Shown: in pieces, positions 14,054 through 27,761 of the stretch
Numbering within the stretch: the stretch's first letter is position 1
Layout of the letters: every line of letters begins with the position of its first letter
Assembly: GCA_051294375.1 (NCBI GenBank)
Contig: JBJCIZ010000239.1
Coordinates: 6,095,074-6,159,073, forward strand
Source of the DNA: Paraspadella gotoi
Taxonomy: Eukaryota; Animalia; Chaetognatha
Direction: 5' to 3'
DNA length: 64,000 nt
Notes under the pieces: model-generated
Database searches by the model: none
Told to the model about the DNA's origin: nothing
Seen by the model: the letters and a program-made list of their open reading frames with translations, nothing else
Made by a program: the position numbers and the translations under genes

Positions 14054-16451
14054 ATGAAGTCGGTTTTCTTGCTTTTGTTCGTTGTATCGATCTCGACTTT
14101 CATCAGCGTGGACAGCGTTTGTACTTCAAACGATATGTGTAGAAAGTTAACGAAAAAAGGAGAGATTCCCTATGCTCCGCTTTGCTGCAAAGGAGCTGTA
14201 TTAAATAGTAAGTCAAGGATATTACTAGATCTCTTGATTTAAAACATATGTACATATCTGATTTGTGCAAACGATATAAAATTTTTCACTTATTTAATGA
14301 ATAAGCTATCTTGTTACTGACTTTGCGGACAAGCTATGAAGGCCCATCTTACAAGAAAACATATTTTTAGGCATTGATATGAAATAAAAAAAAACAGGAT
14401 TAGACACGCGATGATTTAAACGATGCTAATTTTTATAATTATGACTAAACATCAATGGGACTATACAGTAGGGTGGAGTGATGAAAAGATTGAGCGATGG
14501 AACAATGTTTTTTTGCTGCCTTTGTATATGTAATAAAAAATAATGAAGCCATTTTTTAAAAAAAATTTGCATAACAATATCATTAATTAGATTTTCTTTA
14601 TAGTAATATCCTTATAAAATCATAAAATTTCTAAATCATATTTTTTTAATTTTAAGAACAGTTTTGGATTCGCCGGAAAAAACTGAAAAACTTTTGTAAA
14701 ATATGTTACATGATATTTTTAGGTTAAAGCTGCGAAAAATGACCAAAACGTTTCATCATATAATAGTTTCTAATACAAAGCGTGAAAAAATGGAGAATTT
14801 AACCTTTTTTTTCATTTTTAACGCTGAAAACATTAAAATTTTTAATAACATATTTAATATTTTTGATCTAACTTTTTATGAAGAATCAGAATCTTTAATA
14901 AAAATTTTTTAAAAAATTATTTTGAAAATTTATGATTCTATAAGGATATTACTTAGGAGAAAAAAAAACAATTTATTTGTTTTTATCAACGAATTGTATT
15001 GTTGTTAATACATGTTTCGATTCTTGAGTTTTAGAGTCTTCATAAGTTATGACAATCAATTTCTTATTCTTTAACATTAGGTTAGAGAGAGAGAGAGAGA
15101 GAGATAGAAAAAAGAGGGAGTTTCCAACAAAGAATTGAGCAAAGGACAGTGGTCAGATATGAGGACAGCTGAAGGTAAGATCAGGGGAAGAAGTAAGTAG
15201 GGTGAAACTTGAAATGAGAGATCTGAAGAGACAGTAATTATTGTTGTGTTCAATATAAGCAGTCCCTGAGCTTCGGATCAGGCTGTAAACACCATGTTAC
15301 AGGCGGGTTAAGCGCCCCGTCCCTCTTAACTGCTGGGCGGCCACCAGGCTAGAACCCCGGACCTTTGGGTTGGGAGGCGAATGATCTGCCTCCGCACCAA
15401 TGGCCACTGATGAACAGTTGTGGATTTTAGTCCACCATACATCCCCCCTCCCGTAGGGAGAAGTCTGTTGTGTCTCTTCAGTGAATTGTTGTTGGTGGAA
15501 AGTTCGTCACCAAGTTGAGGCATGTCCCCTGATGTGTTGTGGGCGGAAAGTGCATCGCCAGTTGAGGCATGTTGCCTGAAAGTGTTGTTGTTGCTGTTGT
15601 GTTCGGAAGTCGGGCTCACCAATGAAGAGACAGTAATTATTGTTATGTGTTAGTGACAGAACCGTTCAATATAAGCAGTCCCTGAGCTTCGGATCAGGCT
15701 GTAACACCATGTTACAGGCGGGTTAAGCGCCCCGTCCCGTCCCTCTTAACTGCTAGGCGGCCACCGGGCAAGAACCCCGGACCTTTGGGTTGGGAGGCGA
15801 ATGATTTGCCTCCGGCACCAATGGCCACTGATGAACAGTTGGTGGATTTTAGTCCACTATAGATCTTACCTTTACCTGTCCTCATATTTGACCACTGTCC
15901 TTTGCTCTCTCTCTAACCTAATGTTAAAGAGTAGGAAATTATTGATTGTCATAACTGATGAAGACTCTAAAACTCAAGAGTCGAAACATGTATTAATAAC
16001 AATACAATTCGTTGATAAAAACAAATAATTTTTTTTTTCCTAAATTTCAAAACGCAACGAAATTGATAGTTTATACACAAGGATATTACTATAAATATAT
16101 TGTAATTAATGATACTGTTCCCCAAACAATATAAGCAAAATATTTTTTGTACTCCTTAATCATACTATCTCACGTCTAAATATCCATATTTGTTCACTCA
16201 AATAAAATTTATGTTCCCCAGTGCTCCACTCTACTATACAGTCTAAAGAAATGATACATTTTACCCAGTGGTATTGTTCCTTAATGAGCAATTTTATCGT
16301 TTGAAATAGCTTTGGTATTTGCAGGAATGAGTTTGATTTGTTTGTGACAACGATTTGTTTTATTTCAGTTTAGAACGGACATGTTTCGTCTTTGATTACG
16401 AGCCTTCATCAGCGTTGACAGATTTGTGAATTATATTTCTAATTTGTGCAT

Positions 16452-16492
<41 letters not shown>

Positions 16493-16926
16493 AGAGACAA
16501 AGGGCAAAGTTTTCCAACACAGAGTTGAGAAAGGACAGTGGTCAATGCTCAGCTCATTTTGAGCTCTATCTTAATCCTTGAACTTTCACTTTATAAATTA
16601 CTTATCTATCCCTCAACAAACCTCTCTCTTTCAAATTTCAAATTTCAAATTTCAAATTTCTCTAATTTCACTTATTTATTAATAGCTAATTGTTAAAGTT
16701 AATTCAATTTAAAAGAATTATTATTTGTTGTACATTGCACAATGTATTATTTTTAACTTCACCCTGTGACTCTCTCTCTCTCTCTCTCTCCTTCTCTCTT
16801 TTCATTATCACCATTTCAACTTCCCTTCACAAACTAATTATATTCTGTTCACAACTTAAATCTGTCCTCAACATTGACCACTGTCCTTTCTCAACTCTGT
16901 GTTGGAAAACTTTGCCCTTTGTCTCT

Positions 16927-16965
<39 letters not shown>

Positions 16966-19659
16966 TTCTTTATGCACAAATTTGAAACATAATTCACAAA
17001 TCTGTCAACGCTGATGAAGGCTTGTAATCAAAGCCGTTTCTAAACTGAATTAAAACAAATCGTTGTCACAAACAAATCAAACTGCAACTGCAAATTCCTA
17101 AAGCAATGAAACGAAAGGATTACACAATAATAGCTTTGGTAACATTTTGTCGAAATTATCTCCATCAACTACTTATCTGAGGTGCATCAATAGCATTCGT
17201 GGGCTCTAGTTCCATACACTAAAATATAATACATTACAATAAAAATAAGCTCTATGTATTTTGAAGCTAGCGCGGAGTACAATATAGTACTCCCCGATAT
17301 AACCCTTAATGAAGTGGTCCTTTGAACAATTGAAACATTTTTTGAAATATTATACCATTTCATTGTTTGGGAAGCCAGGTGCTCGGGCAGTGAATAAACG
17401 AGACTGTGAGAGAGTCTTCGATTGAAAGCTTGCAGGGACCTACTATGATATTATCATTTAAGAGTGATGAAGGCCTTAGACCACCATAGCCTGTCCACAA
17501 AGTCAGAGGCGAGATAGTTTTTTACATTGGTCGTTACCAATTTGATTCACTTTTTTTTCTTCCCCCGCCGTCGGACAGAGAATCCCCCAGTGAACTTATG
17601 CTTGCCAATTTGCCCCGAATGCTTGGCGTTGAGCGGCTCCTGTTCCAAAGATCCACCTGGTCACAAAGAGGAAGAATTTTTCTTCAATTGCAAGAGCGCG
17701 GCTTATTGCGAGAAGCAAGAGGAATTGATGGGTCAAAAACTCAAGCCCAAAATGAAGGCTTGCTGCAAAGGATTGAGTTATAAGGGCCACCGTGAGTTTT
17801 TATTTGGTCTTATTTTCCCAGAACGCCCCAATTACATCTTGAATTAGAAAATATTTTTTTTTTTTTAGTTGATGATTAGGTTAGAGGTTAAAATGAGAGA
17901 TTAGGTTAAGGATTGGGTTAGCGATTAAAATTAGGGATTAGGGTTATAATTAAGGTATAAAGCTAAGGGTTAGAATTAGTAATTAAGGATGAGGGTTTAC
18001 GGTTTAGTTAGGGTTTAAGGTTAAGTTAGAGTTTTGGGATTACAGTTAAGGATTAGTGTTAAGGATTAAATTTTAAGATGAAATGTATTTAAATAGGACT
18101 AAGCTCTGACGAACAAAGCCCGAGGTTTTTTTAATATATTCCTATACCGGCCAAGGTAGAATGATGACAATATTGTTAATATTAAGTTTCAAAAAAATCC
18201 GACCATAAATATAGAAAATATTAACCAAAATCTTCGGAAAATCAACCCCTTCTTTGGAAGATTTTCGCCATAGAAGATTTTTCCCGAATCTGACTCCCGG
18301 TTGAAAACTCTTAAATTCCGATCGTTAGCTCCTCTTTTACTTTTACTTTAAATAAAAATTTCACCAAAATGGACTAATTCACTTTACCATGATCGTATCA
18401 TATCAAAATAACCAAATAAAATGTAAAGAAAAATTTTGAGAGCCCTTCAGACACTTTGCCAAAGAATTCCAAAATTGGACCTCATTTGTTGAACAGGAAC
18501 ATACCTCAGTCACGTTTATATCGTTTTCAAGGAAAAAAATCCCTTTCATTTCTATATAAAATCAGAGATGGAAAATTTTTCCATCCAGAAGCAGTCTATT
18601 TGTTCTGGGTTGTTTGATATCAAGATGTTGATGATTTGACAAGAGAAAAAAAATGCGAGCCCTTCAGATACAACAGGATCGGAATCAAATGTTTTTACAT
18701 CGATATTTTACCGGAATTTTTACCAGGAGCATTTATATTGTTTGGTAGTCAGATTTGAACGAAAATCTCCATTGAAAAAGTCTTCCTCGATCTCTAAGAA
18801 CGACGTCGACTCCTAATTTAAATTAAGTATTAAGATTCAAATTAAATTCCAGGATAAAGGAACACAAATGGGTGGCTTTGGGAAAAGAGATTCACGCATG
18901 GGGGGGGGTTGGGGAGGGAGAGGGGGGGTGAGGTCATATTCTGGGATTAAGGTTAGGGATTAGGATATATGATTGGATTAGAGTTAGGGATTAGGATATA
19001 TGATTGGATTATAGGTAGGGATTAGGATGTATAGAGATTAGAGTTAGGAATTTTGGTTTAAAATTTAGTAAAATATTCCAAGTAAGATAACATAAACATA
19101 AATGGGACTATAAATATATATATATATATACTATAAATGAACCGACTATTTGAGAATATTTTCTAAACTAAAATAATGAAGACACAGTAATTATTATTGT
19201 GTTAGTGACAAAACCGTTCAATATAAGCAGTCCCAGAGTTACAGGCGAGTTAAGCGCCCCGTCCCTCTTAACTGCTAGAACCCCGGACCTTTGGGTTGGG
19301 AGGCGAATGACTTGCCTCGCGCAATGGCCGCTGATAAACGGTTGGTGGATTTTAGTCCACAATAATAATTTCTTTAATTAAAATTTTATTATTTAAATGT
19401 TATTAAATGTTATTATTCAATATCCTAATTTCATAGTTTTATAAATTGCCATTTGTCATTTTGTGGTTAATTATCATTTATCGTTTTTTTTTTTTTAGCG
19501 ACGCAGTATCCAATTTGCCTGGTCAACTGCATCGCTTGCAAAAGTCAGGGAGGAACTTGCATTTCCGGGGCCCAAATGTCGAGCGTTGTTAACTTCGTCG
19601 TTCTCGCTATTGCTGCCCTCGTTGCAATACGTCCTGGATTATTTACATTAACGTATTAG
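14054..19659 (+). CDS. Cys-rich secreted/GPI-anchored protein, paralog 2, 175 aa, 3 exons
   Basis: Exons 14054-14207, 17579-17791, 19499-19659; phase-1 GT-AG introns. Exon 3 reads PTQYPICLVNCIACKSQGGTCISGAQMSSVVNFVVLAIAALVAIRPGLFTLTY*. All 16 Cys align with paralog 1. Confidence 0.85.
15224..15861 (-). mobile_element. Terminal-repeat retrotransposon in miniature (TRIM)
   Basis: Two direct ~215-240 bp LTRs (15224-15439, 15623-15861) around a ~185 bp non-coding interior. On the minus strand a PBS-like TGGTGAGCCCG follows the 5' LTR and a PPT GGGAGGGGGGA precedes the 3' LTR. 4-bp TSD GATC. Confidence 0.85.
15952..15995 (+). ncRNA. Minimal hammerhead ribozyme, variant subfamily
   Basis: taa-CTGATGA-A-GACTCT..AGAGTC-GAAA-CATGTA-tta; stems I and II covary relative to the GGCTT/AAGCC subfamily. 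Confidence 0.75.
16318..17095. repeat. Inverted-repeat pair (~230 bp arms) of pLTR-like sequence
   Basis: 16330-16547 mirrors 16870-17082, including the (AG)n tract and the hammerhead-derived motif. Confidence 0.75.
16375..16414 (-). ncRNA. Minimal hammerhead ribozyme motif
   Basis: Reverse complement of aacggacatgtttcgtctttgattacgagccttcatcagcgtt; one stem II mismatch. Confidence 0.6.
19177..19364 (-). mobile_element. Solo LTR of the same TRIM family
   Basis: Clear similarity to 15623-15861; flanked by TSD ATAA. Confidence 0.85.
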
Positions 19660-20376
19660 TATTTGTATTTTAGACATAATCGGGAGGGGGATAAGGGGCG
19701 GCAGCTAAAATGAACCAAAGAAGTTGTTTATTTTTATTGAATAATTTCAGTTTGAAGTAATTGTCTTTGACTTACCGTTTAGTTCATGATATTCACCATT
19801 AAAAAAAAATTACCCCTGGAGAATATTTCTTTGTTTTTATATGGTAGTTGAAAAATTAGAACTGTAATTAATTAAGTTCATTAAAAAAAGACTACAATAG
19901 AGTTTATTGTATTCGGCTTGGATAGTTTTTCAACGAATGAGCTGTTTACGAGTCAACTTTGAAGATATAGCTTGGCAGACTTCGATAAAGCATTGGTTAA
20001 AACCTAATGATAAAATGAGTAATTCGACTGCTCGCGATTAAAATTCCTTGTAAATAAAACGTTTTAGAATTCGTCCATATAGCATCGAGTGAAATTAGTT
20101 AAAAAATTTTGAAATATTAAAAACGAACGTTAGAAGTTTTTACGAAACAAGAAATATAAACAACAATCCGAAAAACATTACATAAAGCTAGATTAATCAA
20201 ATAACGTGCACACTGCACAGCGTCTGTCGAAAAAAAAAGTTTAAAATAATGTTTAACACGAGTTTAACATTTTGTATACTATTAAAAAAAAATTGAGATA
20301 ACAATAATAGAGAATAATTGAACTGGGCTCTCATTCTTGTTTTGAAAAAAAACTTATTTTTAAAGCAATCAAGTCT

Positions 20377-22609
20377 ATGAAAAATATGATAACGATTTGC
20401 GCATGGTTGTTATGGTTTTTCGTTACGTTTATGCTCGCGACGGTCACGGGAGAAACTCTTATGTCTTGCGAAACTAACCGATTTTGTAGAACAGTGGAGG
20501 AATTTAATGGAGAGCCAGCGTATCTTCCGATTTGCTGCAAAGGTGCAAATATGCAAGGTAAATTACGAATTGGACTTTTTTCTATGATATTTGGTGCAAC
20601 CAATATTAAAAAAAAAAATAAACAAACAATCAAGGCCCTTAATTTCGGAGGGCCCCCACAGGATAAATATTTTATCAATATTTTATTTTTAACCTTTGCA
20701 GGAATAAGTTTAAATTGTTTGTGACAAAGATTCATTTTATTTCGATACAGAAACGGACATGTTTCGGCTTGGTTTACAAGCCTTCATCAGCGTTGTCACA
20801 AACAATTTAAACTTATTCCTGCAAATTCCTTAAGCAACGAAACGAAAGGATTTACACAATAATATTTTAACCTTTTATTTTGAGCTGTTCTTTTGTTCTT
20901 TTGTTCTTTTCTTTAATTTTTAGATTTATAATAACTATTATTTATGATTTTATTTATTTGTTAAAATAATATTCAAATATATTATTATTTATCTTTTTGG
21001 GATGGGGACGTTAGCGTTGTCTTCTGGAAATAGAGGGAGCATCTACACTAAGGCGTAGTGAAAGTTACATACGAAAATTATAAAAGTCAATTATAAACAA
21101 CATACCATCAGTGAACATTAATTTATAAAAAAATTAATTTTATGTTTTTTTAATTTACGCAGTAAGCTATATTTATATATAGTAGTATCCTTATAAAATC
21201 GAAAAATTTCAAAATAGGCTTTTCTTAATTTTGATTGCAGATTTGAATTCCTGGTCAAAAGTTGATAAAAGAAAATATAAATCGTTTTTAAAAATTCTTT
21301 CATTAAGTGGGTTAAAAATTAAAAAAACTATATTTAATATATAAAAAGTTAATTTGCAGCTTAAATTATAGCTTTTTTTAATTTTTGACCCACTTAATGA
21401 AGGAATTTTTCAAAAGAGTTATATTTCTTTTTATCAACTTTTTATGATGAATCCAAATCTGTAAAAATTTAAAAAAAAAAACTGTTTTGAAATTTTAACA
21501 TTTATTGGTTTAGTACTAGTATAAATATGGCCTACTGCGTTAATTGTAAAATTTATTATATTTTTTTTATTACATAAATGTTTATTAGTATAATGTTGTT
21601 CGTTCCTCACTTTTAGAATTTTAATTAAAATTAAATTTAGGAATTTTACTACGCCTTAATCTACACAACACAAGTTTAGATTACTTTCTGTTCCAGTTTT
21701 CTAATAGTTATCGTACATCATTCCTGTTAGAAAATCATTAATGTGAAACTCATAATATCTATATCTATAATTGGTTCCGTATACTTTTGATATATACATA
21801 TATACATATAATTTTATGTATAAACTTTTAGTTGAGCCGCGGGCACTCACTTTTTATGGTTTCGTGCACTTGGTTTTCTAGTATTTTTTTTTCCCCTTTT
21901 ATTGAAATAATTCAAGATTAAATATACCATTCCCCAGGTAGAAAACTCGATATGTGCATGCCGGCATGCCTCGTTTGCCTAAAGTTTGAAGGGAACTGCG
22001 TGGAAAATGAACCTGGTTACGTCGAGAAGAGAGAATATGTTTTCAATTGCAAAAGCGACGCTTATTGTGGAACCATAAAGCAGATTTTTGGCACCCCAGT
22101 GGCGTTTTCCACTTGCTGCGAAGGATATACCGAGAAGAACCATCGTGAGCATTACATTTTCGACTCTCTTTTCAAAAAAAAACCAAAAAAAAAAAACTTA
22201 TAATCGAATCCCTAATCTTAAGCACTAATATTTATAGTATAAATTATGAATTATAAATTATGCATATTTAACAGAAATAAAAAAATTTAAAAATATATAC
22301 AAAAAATATAAATAAAAAAGTAATTTTTCAAATATTATTAAATATTATTTATAGTAAAACAGGTAATTTTGCATTTTTTATATAGTAATAGAAAAAAATT
22401 TAATCTTTTTCATCCCCCCCCCCCGAGGTGTGCCTAATCCGGCGTGCACGGGGGATTGCGACATGTGTCACAGCAAGCAAGGAACTTGCATTGACCAGAA
22501 CCAATCAGAAAAGGAAAACAATCACGGTGTCGCTCTCAGCGTCGGCGTCACGGAAATATTCGCCGTCGTGATCGTTATCGTCGTCTCTGCGGAATATACG
22601 ACGCGGTGA
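20377..22609 (+). CDS. Cys-rich secreted/GPI-anchored protein, paralog 3, 189 aa, 3 exons
   Basis: Exons 20377-20557, 21938-22144, 22428-22609; phase-1 introns; the exon-3 acceptor is a weak GAG. Exon 3 reads RVPNPACTGDCDMCHSKQGTC...VGVTEIFAVVIVIVVSAEYTTR*. Confidence 0.8.
20752..20794 (-). ncRNA. Minimal hammerhead ribozyme
   Basis: Minus strand reads aacg-CTGATGA-AGGCTTG..CAAGCC-GAAA-CATGTC-cgtt; all stems are intact. Confidence 0.75.
21048..21658. mobile_element. Palindromic MITE
   Basis: TIR TAAGGCGTAGT / ACTACGCCTTA with internal inverted arms; a similar TAAGGCG...CGCCTTA element lies at 35183-35658. Confidence 0.65.
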
Positions 22610-23688
22610 CATCAGGGGGGGCACTGTTTTTCAAAAGTATTCCGTTTCTGCTTTGTTTAACTTAATTTATAAAACAATTATGTTGCTTATTAGGGAATGG
22701 AAATGGGGTACTTTCGAAAAATAGCGCCAAAATAGAGACTTAAAAAATATTATTTTTTTTTAAAATCACATATTTTTTTTTTTTAATGTTAACTGTTACG
22801 AAAATTATGACCGGACACAAAATCTTTCACTCCTTAAATTAAAAAAAAAATAATGATAGTTTTGCAAATATCATCAGTAATAATTGTGAATGTTTTTACG
22901 CCGCATTGATTTTGTTAAATTCTTTTATCTTATTCAAAAATGTGTTAATGCTCCAAGACCTTTTTCGTTTAAATACAAAACAATTACATTATCCTTATCA
23001 TTTTTTTTCAGTTCGTGAATATTTTTATATTTAGATAAACAATTTAGGATTAATATAGAGTTTTAAACAAATATTTAAACTTGTTGTCAGGACATCGTAT
23101 GTACAGGTTAGTTAATAGTGTGGAGTGCCTTGAAAAATTATTCCGCTATGCTTATTAAAATATTGGCATACAAATTTAGTTTTATTTTATACAAATTCGG
23201 TAAAAAAAAACGAACAGAAATGAGGCAGTCTCAGAAAAGAATGCAACAGAAATGGAGCACTCTTGGAAAAGAAATCCAAACTTTGTAGTGAATACATTCT
23301 TAATTTTTTTGCCCTCAGTCAAAATCGAATGCGTTAACCGTTAACCATTCATATCTACTTTAATTATAATCTTTAAAGGAGAAAAGTTTTTAGTCGGATC
23401 CACTATGTCGGTCCGTCGGTCCGCCCCCTCAATCTTGTCGGGCATTAACTTATTTCATGTATGATTTATCATCTGATTAGCAGATTACCGCTTAATTATT
23501 ACCGACATTGTTTGCTCAAACTTATTATTTTTTGTTTTATCATTCGGCTAATGAGTTAGCCTTCATCAGCGCAAAATTTTACAAATTTTATAAATTTTAC
23601 TAACACATTAGCCGAAAAATGTCTGTTTTTCATGTCAAATAAATTCGTTGTTTAAAACGAAACGAAAGAATTAAAACAATTATAATCT

Positions 23689-25160
23689 TATGGTGGACTA
23701 AAATCCACCAACCGTTCATCAGCGGCCATTGGTGCCGGAGGCAAGTCATTCGCCTCCCAACCCAAAGATCCAGGGTTTTAACCCAATGGTCGCCTAGCAG
23801 TTAAGAGGGACGGGGTGCTTAACCCGCCTGTAACATGGTGTTACAGCCTGATCCGAAGCTCAGGGACTGCTTATATTGAACGGTTCTATCATTAACACAT
23901 AACAATAATTATTCACGGCAGGGCAGATGGGATGTGAAAGAAACAAAAAAGTGCCATCTCTGAAACTTATAAAATTGTAAAATATACCCATGATGAGATA
24001 CTTAATGTGGTAGGTCAGTAAAATTCGATAAAGTCAAGGTTTTTTTAAATGCTCATTAAAGTTTTTTAATTTTTTTATAAAAATTTTTAAGTAGTTTAGT
24101 GAATATGCTTAAATTTGAATGTCTATATATCTATCATTATCTACAAAGCATAAGCTTTAATTTGAAACCACTCCCACTTTCTATTACTTTTCGCTATTGA
24201 AATATAAGTAAAAATTAAATATTTTTTTAAAAAAGATTAATCAATTAGTACATTGAACAGATTATTGCTTAAAAATAAAAATACAAATATGTTCTCAAAA
24301 TACAGTTCTACTTATAAGGCTTCAAAATAAGTTTTTTTTAATTAATAATAATTTTAATATAAAGAATTTTAAAAATGAAAAAAATATTTTGAAAAATATT
24401 ATTATATACTCTAATTAAGTATTAAAAGTTAAAGCATTATGTTTGTTAATATTTTTACACATTTGTCTATTAATAATATATATCAAATATTGAGTGAGTT
24501 ATTATTATAATATAATTTTATGAATAAATTTTTTTTATAAGTAATAAATTATATAATTACTTTTTAAAGCTGGATATGATTTTGAATTAAAGTGCTCAAC
24601 TAATATTTATCTGTTATTTTATTTGAGATTAAGTTTTAATTAAATATCACATATTTTCTTAAAAAAATAAAATTAATTATCTGTATTATTTATTTTTTAT
24701 AATAAATTTATATCAATTTTTTTAGAAATTTGTTTTTAGGGCTTAATAAGTAGAACTGCATTTTGAGAACCTATTTGTACTTTTATTTTTAATAAATAAT
24801 TTGTTTGAAAGAACTGATTGATTATTATTTTTTTTTTAATTATGATTTTTACTTATAATTCAATAACAAAAAATCGTAAAAAGTTGGGAGAGGTCTCAAA
24901 TTAAAGCTTATGCTCTGTAGATAATGATAGATGTATAAACATTAAAATTGTAAGCATTTTCACTAAACTATTTAAAAAATTTTATAAAAAATTTTCAAAA
25001 ACTTTAATGAGCATTTAAAAAAAAACCTGTCTTTATCGAATTTTACTGACCTACCAAATTAAGTGTCTCATGGGTATACTTTAGGATTTTATAGGTTTCA
25101 GAGATGGCACTTTTTTGTTTCTTTCACATCCTCTCTGCCCTACCGTGTACTGTCTATTCA
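23689..25160 (+). mobile_element. Solo LTR of the TRIM family, interrupted by a DNA transposon
   Basis: LTR sequence 23689-23913 resumes at 25148-25160 (tactgtctattca); TSD ATCT on both outer flanks. Confidence 0.85.
23914..25147. mobile_element. Non-autonomous foldback DNA transposon, Chapaev-like
   Basis: Imperfect inverted arms of ~400 bp with CAC...GTG termini; 4-bp TSD (TATT/TACT). Confidence 0.7.
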
Positions 25161-25410
25161 ATCTTGTCTCCCTCTTATCGTCTCAGCCTTTCTACGTTTC
25201 CGGTTTTTCGTGAAAAAAAATTAAAGTTAATTTTAAAATACCCGTATTTAGCTTTAAACTATTATGAAAAAGTAAGAGAAGAATAAAGTTTGTATAGAAA
25301 ATAATGTAACGTGACCAATGAAAAAAGAATTAAAAGTCTAAACTTTTGAGAGATGATATATTTGTATAATCTTGAAAAAAAAATTACATGAACCGCTAAT
25401 AATTCTTGTT

Positions 25411-26753
25411 ATGCAAAACCCAAAAAAATTATTAAAATTACCAAAACTAGGACGAAAGTTTTCATGGTTATCGTGTTCGTTCCTTTTAATAATTGCAAAG
25501 TTGATCTTTGGGGAAGACATGTACAGTTGCAAAAGCTACAATTTCTGCAGAACGGTGAAAGAATTTGAAAACCAGCCAGTATATTTTCCTCTGTGCTGCA
25601 AAGGAGCTACTTTTGTAATTGTGTAACAAAATACTTTACGTTACTTTACATTTTTGTTTTTAATTTGTAGAACTATTTTGAAAATAAAAAAATACTTATG
25701 CGTTATTTTACATTCTCGTTTTTAATTTTAGTTTTATAATAATTAATTCTAAAGCCAATGGTGAATAATATCCTTAAACTATATATACATATTTAATCCA
25801 GAATCTCTTATAAAATTTTGACTTCCCATTTAGTTTCACTACTCACTTAAGTTGTTTTTTTTTTGCATCTTTCCACTGAGCGGCCTAGAATTTATAATTT
25901 GATGTATATTGCTAATGTTCAACAACTTCTTCTATAATATGCTCCCGGTACCCGTGATGTTTGTCTGCCAATGTGCATGAGTTGTGTGGAATTCAAGGGG
26001 ACCCTGTACTTGGGATCCGCCTGGTTATGAGGAGAAGGAATACCTGTTCAACTGCAAAAGCAAAAGGAATTCTTGGGCGAACAAATGAAACCGTCTCCTC
26101 AGGCTTGTTGCAAAGATCTCAAATATCAAGGCCAAGGTGAGTCTGAACAATGCAAAGGTTGCAATCTGATGATCTCCATTAGGGCTTTCTTTTCCCAAAG
26201 CTCCTCATTTCTGTTCCATAATCTGTAAAATCAATATTAACCAGAATATTTAACCTTAATCCGTAATCTCTACCCCATACCCTTAGACCCCTACCATAAT
26301 CTTTAACCCTAATCACAAACCACATCCTTAATCTTATGATTTAAAATCTAAATTATTTCCAAATTTAGGATAAAAAAAAGCATTTTGACTTAAAATCTAA
26401 ATTATTTCCAAATTTAGGATAAAAAAAGGCATTTTGAGAAAATAAGGCATTTTTGTTAATTAAAAGACAAAAAGTTCTTGTCGCGTATTTTTATTACAAG
26501 ACATTTCTATATTTGAAAATACCCTTTTATTTTTAAATTTTTAGTTATGCAATATCCCTCGTGCGTTAAAGATTGCGAAATGTGCAAGAAGCTTGAAGGA
26601 ACCTGCATTGAAGGCGGGGCGACCGTGATCGACGCTGGCGTCTCCAATTTGCTGATTGTTAATAAGTGTAACGAATATGTATTTCTATTTTGTTATTATC
26701 GTTTTTTTTATTTTAATGTTAACTACCTTTCTAACTATTTAACTGTTGTTTAA
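25411..26753 (+). pseudogene. Pseudogene of the Cys-rich family, paralog 4
   Basis: Exon-1 remnant (GEDMYSCKSYNFCRTVKEFENQPVYFPLCCKGA) lacks the phase-1 donor. The exon-2 remnant (~25948-26136) has lost its AG acceptor, has an extra C (GGGACCCTGT) giving a premature TGA, and has a deletion after NCKS that removes a Cys. Exon 3 from 26545 reads MQYPSCVKDCEMCKKLEGTCIEGGA. Confidence 0.8.
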
Positions 26754-27761
26754 ATAGTTAAGTTTATTAGATTTTTTTTTAAAGTGGGTTTATAAAGAAA
26801 ACTGCAGTACTATTATTGAGATTCATCATGACAACAATGTCATTGACTAAAAATTTTCTCCATCAAAGAAAAATATCATTTCTATCAATAATCTATATTC
26901 AACAATACATTCGATGAATTAAAAAGTTATTTTATATTTTGCATGTGGATCCTCCCAAGTTTTAAAGTATACATGTTCGTGAAGCAGAGATAAATCTTCC
27001 AATTCATTGGATTCAAGCAACAGTGAACTTAACGCTTACTATTGCCGTCATAGAAGAGTCTCTTGCAAGAACAAGATCTCCAATCGCACTTTGCCCTAGC
27101 TTTGGCAATGACCTTAGATTGACCGGACACAGTAATAGGACCGAGGCGACCGTAAGGTCAAGTTGGTCCAGGCGATGATAAAAGTGGACCAGGAGAAAGC
27201 GAGACTCACTTCTTTTCTACTTCTCTTACATCGTCACAATTCTTCACCTTCTCCTCACTTTTATTATTATTATTTTCGTCTTCTACAAGCCTTCCATTCC
27301 AAATTTCATCCTCTTCATTCTCTTGTAATTTTATGTTTTACCGTAAAACTTTATTGAGTCGCCTTAAAATTTAAAAATTTGAAAAAAATTCAGCTCATTG
27401 TATTTCCGTTTTGCAGAACCAAAAAGTCTTTAATTTTAATTTTTAAGAGAATAAGATTTAATCTCCGAGTGAGCCAGCGACACGGCTTCACTTAAGACCA
27501 AAACCATGGTAATGTATATTATCGGAATCGGAATTCAAAGCAATAATCGAATATATTAATTCATAATATTTTTAAAAAAACTAATATTTTTATCGCACCT
27601 AATTTACCTAAAAATCTTTCGCAAATAGCGTTATGTTATATATTCAAAAATAGAAAAGCAAAATTGTATGATCTTGTAGCTAATAATTGCTCCAAATATT
27701 TTTTTTTAGTTTTTGCAAAACTGAAAACATTTTTACCAAAAAATCAACTGAGATTTGGACA

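Larger units (their letters stand above)
14968..16030. repeat. Inverted-repeat pair of Penelope pLTR-like sequence, with the TRIM inserted between the arms
   Basis: 14968-15170 is the reverse complement of ~15875-16030; each arm carries a hammerhead motif. Confidence 0.7.

Noticed and set aside
17875-19050. Interstitial telomere
   Set aside because: The TTAGGG-like units are highly degenerate and recur in many introns as part of an interspersed repeat.
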